This document shows, piece by piece, positions 57,319 through 64,000 of a stretch of 64,000 nucleotides of DNA (position 1 is the stretch's first letter; every line of letters starts with the position of its first letter). A program made the translations under genes and the position numbers. The DNA is from an uncultured Candidatus Saccharibacteria bacterium (GTDB taxonomy: Bacteria; Patescibacteriota; Minisyncoccia; Phycocordibacterales; CAIZLB01): assembly GCA_964467385.1 (NCBI GenBank), contig CAYXQC010000002.1, positions 1,625 through 65,624 of the forward strand. Reading direction: 5' to 3'. The notes under the pieces were generated by a model. It had not been told where the DNA came from. It worked only from the letters and a program-made list of their open reading frames with translations, and did no database searches.

Positions 57319-59181
57319 ATGACAATTCATTTTGATGAAGATAAACAGAATCAGAAACTAAAAGTTTTACGTGCTGAGGAAGAAGAAAAATCTATAGAGC
57401 TAGCCTCTGAACGGCTAGGTCTTGGGTATATCGATCTTTCACGAGTACCAATCAATACAGACGGACTTCGACTCATACCCGAACAAGAAGCTCGGGAAAA
57501 TAAAATGGCGGTTTTTGATATTATTGGTAAAAAGATTTCTATCGCCATCCACTCACCACAAAACAGCGATACCTTAAATTCTATTCGAGCACTACAAAAT
57601 AAAGGCTACATAGTAGCTATCTATATGGCCTCACTTCATAGTCTTGAAAAAGCTTGGGACAGATACAAAGATCTTTCTTTTGCTTTTGAAACTGAAGCAG
57701 GTTCCCTTGATATCTCAAATGATGAAATTGAAACATTGATCGAAAAAGCACGGAAACTTCCTGACATTTCAGTACTTGTAAACGAAGCACTCACAATCAA
57801 GAAAAGCCATAAAATATCACGTCTTATTGCTATCATTATGGCCGGAGGTCTTTCAACCAAAGCGTCGGATATTCACATCGAGTCAGAAGCAGAGTTTGCA
57901 CGTATCCGTTATCGACTCGATGGTGTACTTATCGAAGTGGCGAAGTTTGATCTTGAAACGTACCGACTCCTTCTCTCTCGATTAAAGCTTCTTTCGGGTT
58001 TGAAACTTAACCTAAAAGACGTTGCCCAAGATGGTCGCTTTACTGTGAAAATTTACATGAGTGATATTGAAATTCGTACCTCAACTGTACCAGGTGCTTA
58101 TGGTGAATCCGTGGTAATGCGTATCTTGAATCCAAAAAGTATTTCTACTCCGATCGAGGATCTCGGTTTCCCTCCTCGCCTCTTGAAGATTCTCATGGAT
58201 GAAATCGCTCGACCAAACGGACTCCTTCTCACAACTGGACCAACCGGTTCTGGTAAGACGACAACTTTGTATTCATTCCTCCGAAAATCTCAGAGTCCTG
58301 AAATGAAAATTATCACGATCGAAGATCCGATTGAATATCACCTTGAAGGAATTGTGCAAACACAGGTAGAAGAAAAGAAAGGGTACACATTTGAATCCGG
58401 ACTTCGAGCTGCACTTCGACAAGACCCTGACGTGATTATGGTGGGAGAAATTCGAGATGGTGAAACTGCATCTACCGCTATTCAAGCTGCGCTTACAGGT
58501 CACCTTGTATTCTCTACTCTTCACACCAACAATGCAGCGGGAACATTCACCCGTCTAATTGATCTTGGTGTTGATCCAAAAGTTCTTACTTCTGCCATTC
58601 GTGTAGCTATGGCACAGCGACTTATCCGAACATTATGTAAAGAATGTAAAAAGAAAATTCCAATTCCTGCTGAAAAGCAAGCATATGTTGATGGTCTTTT
58701 TGAATCATTGAAGGGTTATGAAGAAGAGAAAGAATTCACTTCAAAGCCAACTGAGGTATACACTGCAGTAGGTTGTGAAGCTTGTAACAAAACTGGTTAC
58801 AAAGGGCGAATCGGTGTGTATGAAGCAATTTTGGCAGACAAAGCTATTGAAAATATTATCCGAGAAAATCCATCAGAACGAGAAATTCGTGAAGCTGCTC
58901 TCCCTCAAAGGATTCTTTCAATGAAACAAGATGGACTTATTAAAGTGTTGCACGGGATCACCTCATTTGATGAACTTGAACGTGTTGTTGATATGGCAGA
59001 AGAATTTATCAAAGCAAAACCTATTGAAAACACAGCGAGTAACTTTGTTGATCCGTTTATTGCACAACAAGACTCATCAATAAGCGAAAATTTGGGGCGA
59101 CCACTAACGGAAAATCTTGACCTTACCCCTACTTCAGGTCTTAACACAGAAATTAACCCAAATCCTGCACAAAACGTGTAA
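57319..59181 (+). CDS. pilB: type IV pilus assembly ATPase PilB (GspE family)
   Basis: N-terminal T2SSE_N domain, Walker A LLTTGPTGSGKTTT, then GEIRD, plus the tetracysteine motif CKEC...CEAC. Confidence 0.85.
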   Translation: MTIHFDEDKQNQKLKVLRAEEEEKSIELASERLGLGYIDLSRVPINTDGLRLIPEQEARENKMAVFDIIGKKISIAIHSPQNSDTLNSIRALQNKGYIVAIYMASLHSLEKAWDRYKDLSFAFETEAGSLDISNDEIETLIEKARKLPDISVLVNEALTIKKSHKISRLIAIIMAGGLSTKASDIHIESEAEFARIRYRLDGVLIEVAKFDLETYRLLLSRLKLLSGLKLNLKDVAQDGRFTVKIYMSDIEIRTSTVPGAYGESVVMRILNPKSISTPIEDLGFPPRLLKILMDEIARPNGLLLTTGPTGSGKTTTLYSFLRKSQSPEMKIITIEDPIEYHLEGIVQTQVEEKKGYTFESGLRAALRQDPDVIMVGEIRDGETASTAIQAALTGHLVFSTLHTNNAAGTFTRLIDLGVDPKVLTSAIRVAMAQRLIRTLCKECKKKIPIPAEKQAYVDGLFESLKGYEEEKEFTSKPTEVYTAVGCEACNKTGYKGRIGVYEAILADKAIENIIRENPSEREIREAALPQRILSMKQDGLIKVLHGITSFDELERVVDMAEEFIKAKPIENTASNFVDPFIAQQDSSISENLGRPLTENLDLTPTSGLNTEINPNPAQNV

Positions 59182-59626
59182 AACTGCGTTGACTTTGCAT
59201 AAAATAAGCCTATCCTAAAGAGTGTAAGCGAGTATGTTTGTAGTATGAAAATACCGCAAGAAAAAGAGTATTTTGAAATAATGAAGCGCGAAGTGGCGCA
59301 AAATAAGACAAAAGAAAAAACAGCCGATTAAATCTCCAAGCAATGCTTCCCATCCGGAGACAAGAAGCCCGATGTTTTCTTAAGGATAGCCCCAGTAACG
59401 GGACCGTGAAGACTCGAACCAGAGCGTCCTTTAAAAAACACCGATTAAAACTACGAGGTTTCTATTGCTTAGAGATTTAAGGGGCCGTTTACGACACTAT
59501 AATAGCACGTATTAACATGTTGTCAAGTACTTTCCTTTTCCCTCTTTTTGGGTTGGATTTAGGTTTGAGCTTTGTTTTTTAAGATATTTTGATGATATTT
59601 TTATCGAGATTTTATATACTAGTATT

Positions 59627-60679
59627 GTGAATTCTGACGAAACAAAAAACATTACAGCCGATGAAAACAGTGTCGCACAAATCGACACAGAAATTGAAGG
59701 AAAAAACTCTCCTGAAGAAGCTGTTTTGGATAAGACTCTTCGACCAAGTAGGTTTGATGAATACATTGGCCAACAAAATATCAAGGATAACCTGAAAATC
59801 CTCTTATCTGCAGCACATGAGCGAGGGCACCCACCTGAACACCTTCTTTTTTATGGGCCACCCGGTCTTGGAAAAACAACTCTTGCTCATCTTATTTCAA
59901 AAGAAATTGGTGCCCAAATTAAATCAACCTCAGGACCTGCCATTGAGCGTGTTGGAGATCTTGCTTCTATACTTACAAACCTTTCTGCGGGTGACATTCT
60001 TTTTATTGATGAGATCCATCGACTCAACAAAACCGTGGAAGAAGTTCTTTATCCCGCCATGGAATCTGGTCAGATCGACATCATTATTGGTAAAGGACCT
60101 TCTGCACGAAGTGTTCAACTAGACCTTCCACCATTCACCCTTGTATCTGCTACAACCAGAATCGCTATGGTTTCTTCACCACTTCGTTCGCGATTTTCTG
60201 GAGGAGTGTTTCGACTTGAATTCTATACCGAAAACGAGATTAAAAAAATTCTCGAGCGATCCGCGCGACTGCTTGGTGTTGAAGTTGATGACACTGCACT
60301 TAATGAAATAGCCAAGAGGAGCCGAAGTACCCCACGAACCGCAAACTATCTCTTAAAACGGTGTCGAGATTTCTCTCAAGTAAAGAAGACGAAACTTACT
60401 CGCGAAGCTGTGGATGTTGCTCTTGGTATGATTGGTATTGATGAAAAAGGTCTGACACATTCTGATCGGAAAATTCTGGAAACTATTATCAATAAATACA
60501 AAGGTGGGCCAGTTGGACTCAACACCATTGCAGCTTCCCTTTCAGAAGACGAAGCAACTATCGAAGAATTTAATGAGCCATATCTTATTCAACTTGGATT
60601 TATAGAAAGAACTCCACGAGGTCGAACAGTAACAGAACTCGGTTATAAACACATAGGTGAAGATTTCATCGCTAAATAA
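59627..60679 (+). CDS. ruvB: Holliday junction branch-migration ATPase RuvB
   Basis: LRPSRFDEYIGQ...LFYGPPGLGKTTLA. Confidence 0.9.
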   Translation: MNSDETKNITADENSVAQIDTEIEGKNSPEEAVLDKTLRPSRFDEYIGQQNIKDNLKILLSAAHERGHPPEHLLFYGPPGLGKTTLAHLISKEIGAQIKSTSGPAIERVGDLASILTNLSAGDILFIDEIHRLNKTVEEVLYPAMESGQIDIIIGKGPSARSVQLDLPPFTLVSATTRIAMVSSPLRSRFSGGVFRLEFYTENEIKKILERSARLLGVEVDDTALNEIAKRSRSTPRTANYLLKRCRDFSQVKKTKLTREAVDVALGMIGIDEKGLTHSDRKILETIINKYKGGPVGLNTIAASLSEDEATIEEFNEPYLIQLGFIERTPRGRTVTELGYKHIGEDFIAK

Positions 60680-60693
60680 TTTACACAAACTTC

Positions 60694-61185
60694 ATGCGCG
60701 TACTCGCAATTGATCCTGGATACGAACGACTTGGTGTTGCTATTATTGATAAAAATATCGGCCAAAAAGAAACTGTTGTTTTTTCTGAATGTTTCAAAAC
60801 TAATGCGAAGCTAACTTTTGAGGATCGACTCTGTCTTATTGGAGAACATGTTGAGCAAATTATTCTAGAATATAAACCAACTGCACTTTCCATTGAAAAT
60901 CTTTTTATTTCAAATAATCAAAAAACTGCTATGCGAGTCGCAGAGGTACGTGGAGTTATTATTTTTCTATCAAAAAAACATGAACTTTCTGTGAAAGAAT
61001 TCACACCTCTTCAAATTAAACTTTCTGTAACCGGTGATGGAAAAAGTACCAAAGGTCAAGTTATTAAGATGGTCAAAATGTTAGCGCAAAATACAAAACC
61101 AAAGGCAATTGATGACGAGTATGATGCAATCGCAATTGGTCTTGCTTATTTTGCCTACAATCCAGTTGTAAAAATGAAACTCTAG
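60694..61185 (+). CDS. ruvC: crossover junction endodeoxyribonuclease RuvC
   Basis: MRVLAIDPGYERLGVAII... with an RNase-H fold. Confidence 0.85.
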   Translation: MRVLAIDPGYERLGVAIIDKNIGQKETVVFSECFKTNAKLTFEDRLCLIGEHVEQIILEYKPTALSIENLFISNNQKTAMRVAEVRGVIIFLSKKHELSVKEFTPLQIKLSVTGDGKSTKGQVIKMVKMLAQNTKPKAIDDEYDAIAIGLAYFAYNPVVKMKL

Positions 61186-61334
61186 AAACTTACTGCAGAC
61201 TAAAACAACCATTAGCATGCAGCTTTTTTAGTTATCAACACCACTTCTCTTTTTTAAAAGTTGCATATTTTTTTTGATATGTTACATATATGTCCATACA
61301 TTAAATTGTTTAGAAATATATAGATAAACCAAAC

Positions 61335-61640
61335 ATGACTGACCACGACGACGATATTAAAGACAAAGATCAGGATGAGGCTGAAAATGAGCATGGTGAT
61401 GAACACGAACCTGGTGAAAACGAAGAACACACAGAACATGAGCCAGACTTTGCACCAACACCGTCAGCTCCAGCATTTGATGATACAGACGACGCTGATG
61501 CTGACCCTCACTCAAGTTTCGATCATGTAGGTGAATCTGAAGATCCTCACCAAGATATCTACGGAGACGCAGGAAACCCACTCGAGGAAGAAGAGGATGA
61601 AGAGGAAGATGAGTATGATGGTGATTCTGATTCGTACTAA
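61335..61640 (+). CDS. highly acidic low-complexity small protein
   Basis: 101 aa with more than 45% D/E, followed by a terminator at 61763..61790. Confidence 0.4.
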   Translation: MTDHDDDIKDKDQDEAENEHGDEHEPGENEEHTEHEPDFAPTPSAPAFDDTDDADADPHSSFDHVGESEDPHQDIYGDAGNPLEEEEDEEEDEYDGDSDSY

Positions 61641-61762
61641 ACAAAACATCCTCTTCGTTATATAAAAACAGAAAATTTCTACTAAAATTTCCTCTGCTCA
61701 CTACAGCTCGCAAGTTTCAAGTGACTCATTCAATGTTTTTATTTCACAGGAGTAAACCCACA

Positions 61763-61790
61763 AAAAACCGCAACAAGTGCGGATTTTTTG
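61763..61790 (+). terminator. rho-independent terminator
   Basis: aaaaaaccgcaacaagtgcggatttttt. Confidence 0.6.
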
Positions 61791-61858
61791 TTTGTAAATT
61801 TTCCTGGTAATAAAAATCTAACGAGAAAATATGTATACCCTGTGGAGTGTTTTTATTT

Positions 61859-63061
61859 TTACCCTTGCACTTTAATATCAACAAATCTTCGCTTACCAAC
61901 TTTAATAACAATTGGTTTTAAAATTGAATAGTTAAAATCTTCAATCTTCTCCCCTTCTGTTGTATTTATTGCACCTTCTTTTACAAGTCGTTTAAACTCA
62001 CCAGCGGATGCTACAATTTTTTCATTTTGCAAAATCATACCAAGCGGAGTACCTAAACCAACATAAATCTCTTGTATATCATCTGGAACTTCTCCTTTTG
62101 AAAAAGTTTTTTCAAAATTCGTAATAGCTTGATTCGCTTTCTCTTCTCCGTGATAAATTTTTACAATTTCACTTGCAAGCCGGACTTTCAAATCACGAGG
62201 GTTAAATCCGGTGTCTAGATTCGTTTGTGCTGCTTCAAATTTGTTTTTTATTTCAGCAAGTTCATCATCACTAACAAGTGTACAAAGTTCAAAACCATTT
62301 ACAATCATATCATCAGTCCAACTCATTACTTTTCCAAACATATCATACGGTGTATCGATAAGTGAGACCATATTCCCTTCACTCTTACCCATTTTCTTAC
62401 CTGTTGTATCAGCAAGAAGTTTTACTGTGATACACGTTTTTTCACGATTATTTATTTTTTTCTGAAGATCACGACCAACCATCATATTAAACATTTGATC
62501 ATTACCACCAATTTCAACATCAACATCCATAGCAACACTGTCATACCCTTGAAGTAATGGATACATAAATTCATGCATATAAATTGGTTTCCCCTCTTCC
62601 ATCCGTCGAGCAAACATATCACGCTTTAACATCTGATCAACCGTCATCAAAGACATGGTTTCTAGAGTGTTTTGCATATTCATTTTTCTAAGCCATTTTG
62701 AGTTGTGTACAATCTTTGCCCTGTTTCGTCCCCAGAAATTTAAAAACACAGAAGCTTGTTTTTTATACAACTTAAGATTCTGCTTTACCTCTCTCGCGGT
62801 TAGAACTTTTCTTACAGCAAGTTTATCCGTAGGGTCACCTATCATGGCCGTGAAATCACCAATCAAAAGGATTACCTGATGACCAAGTTCTTGAAACTCT
62901 TTCAGTTTTTTTATAGCTATCATGTGACCAATATGAAGGGTTGGACCTGTTGGATCAATCCCCATATATACCTTCAATCTTTTGCCACTTTCAAGTTGCT
63001 TCGTCAAAAAATCCTTTGATGGCAAGACCTCTTGCACCCCTCTGAAGATATTATGTTTCAT
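61859..63061 (-). CDS. tyrS: tyrosine--tRNA ligase
   Basis: HIGH (PTGPTLHIGH) and KMGKS (KMGKSEGN) motifs, plus a C-terminal S4-like domain. Confidence 0.9.
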   Translation of the reverse strand: MKHNIFRGVQEVLPSKDFLTKQLESGKRLKVYMGIDPTGPTLHIGHMIAIKKLKEFQELGHQVILLIGDFTAMIGDPTDKLAVRKVLTAREVKQNLKLYKKQASVFLNFWGRNRAKIVHNSKWLRKMNMQNTLETMSLMTVDQMLKRDMFARRMEEGKPIYMHEFMYPLLQGYDSVAMDVDVEIGGNDQMFNMMVGRDLQKKINNREKTCITVKLLADTTGKKMGKSEGNMVSLIDTPYDMFGKVMSWTDDMIVNGFELCTLVSDDELAEIKNKFEAAQTNLDTGFNPRDLKVRLASEIVKIYHGEEKANQAITNFEKTFSKGEVPDDIQEIYVGLGTPLGMILQNEKIVASAGEFKRLVKEGAINTTEGEKIEDFNYSILKPIVIKVGKRRFVDIKVQG

Positions 63062-63176
63062 AATTTATTTTATTAAGATTTTAAGCCAAATATTACATTC
63101 GCAAAAACGTATAATAAATCTAGCATATTTCCGTCGCCTTTGGTATTCTGTACTCTAGTATTAAGTTAAAAAATCT

Positions 63177-64000
63177 ATGAAAAACACCTTTAAAACCCTT
63201 GTTCGGATGGTTGATAGACTTGTCTCTATAACTGAGTGGAAATTTCAAAAATTGCTCCATAAAAAGGGTTCAAGGAAAACAGTTGGACAGATACTACGCG
63301 ACACTTTCCTAGTCTTACTTATCGTTGCGGTTTTCTCAGCTACCATTTTCCTTGTATGGGCAGCAAATCTTCACACCCCAGACCTTAATTCGTTTGAAGA
63401 TCGACTCCTCGGCCAATCAGCTAAAATCTATGATCGAACAGGAACGGTTCTTCTCTACGACCTAAGCCAGAAAGTACGACGAACTGTGGTTCCTTTTAAT
63501 ACAATTTCTCCATATATCAAACAGGCTACTATAGCAATCGAAGATATTGATTTCTATAATCACGGTGGTATTAAAGCCACCTCTATCATCCGAGCAGTTA
63601 TTGCAAACCTTTTTTCACTTAAATTCAGCCAAGGAGGGTCAACCATCACCCAGCAAGTTGTAAAAAACTCCCTGCTCACTAAACAGAAAGATATTTCACG
63701 TAAACTTAAAGAGTGGGTCTTAGCTATAAAACTAGAGCAAACGACAGACAAAGATACTATCTTAAACCTCTACCTCAACGAAACACCTTACGGTGGCAGT
63801 ATTTATGGTGTAGAAGAAGCCACTCAGGCATATTTTGCTAAAAAATCATCTGACGTAACTCTTGCAGAAGCTGCATATATTGCAGCTCTACCTCAGGCCC
63901 CTTCTCTATATTCTCCATACGGACAGAACAAGAACCTCCTAGAAGACCGAAAAAATCTTGTTCTAAAGAAAATGTATGAAAATGGTTTTATTAGAGAAGA
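63177..64000 (+). CDS. penicillin-binding protein 1A (transglycosylase domain), 3' end beyond window
   Basis: N-terminal TM, then the GT51 motifs EDIDFYNHGGI and GGSTITQQ. There is no stop codon before the window end. Confidence 0.8.
   Translation, partial: MKNTFKTLVRMVDRLVSITEWKFQKLLHKKGSRKTVGQILRDTFLVLLIVAVFSATIFLVWAANLHTPDLNSFEDRLLGQSAKIYDRTGTVLLYDLSQKVRRTVVPFNTISPYIKQATIAIEDIDFYNHGGIKATSIIRAVIANLFSLKFSQGGSTITQQVVKNSLLTKQKDISRKLKEWVLAIKLEQTTDKDTILNLYLNETPYGGSIYGVEEATQAYFAKKSSDVTLAEAAYIAALPQAPSLYSPYGQNKNLLEDRKNLVLKKMYENGFIRE

Noticed and set aside
1-64000. CRISPR arrays or rRNA genes
   Set aside because: No regularly spaced 25-40-bp direct repeats with unique spacers and no rRNA-like conserved stretches were seen anywhere in the window.

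Overview
The window has low GC overall (roughly 35-38% by eye) and carries a compact housekeeping backbone that looks like a reduced-genome bacterium, possibly of the Candidate Phyla Radiation. Backbone genes recognised from their translations:
- rplK (5' part) / nusG / secE, folD, uppP plus a PAP2 phosphatase, a DedA-family protein, rplS, an RluA-family pseudouridine synthase
- type IV pilus genes pilM/N/O and pilB
- ruvX, ruvA, fpg, a SpoU methyltransferase, polA, tsaE, ruvB, ruvC, tyrS, rpsT, and a PBP1A fragment at the window end

Eight tRNA genes are readable directly: His, Leu, Val, Arg(TCT), Ser, Arg(GCG), Lys, plus a duplicated tRNA-Val 3' end. Several of them sit beside segments with clearly higher GC or mobile-element genes:
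1. About 6.9-18.6 kb is a variable region.
- A GC-rich foreign-looking gene is bracketed by copies of a ~110-bp structured repeat.
- It also holds an integrative-element module: a LexA-like S24 repressor, a PD-(D/E)xK nuclease, a RepA-like AAA ATPase, and a large serine recombinase whose 3' end overlaps tRNA-His.
2. tRNA-Ser is followed by a caspase-like (peptidase C14) protein with an unknown C-terminal domain, convergent with a second, GC-rich large serine recombinase.
3. A prophage remnant spans about 40.4-46.1 kb: TerL with a long C-terminal extension, TerS, and two DNA methyltransferases (one fused to ParB). It is flanked by repeat-rich and iteron-like non-coding DNA, and a NUDIX pseudogene follows it.
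4. tRNA-Val and tRNA-Lys are each followed by a terminator plus a homologous GC-rich scar fragment; tRNA-Val also has a 21-nt exact duplication of its 3' end.

I saw no CRISPR array and no rRNA. Every functional call is from reading the translations and sequence by eye; none is from a database search.
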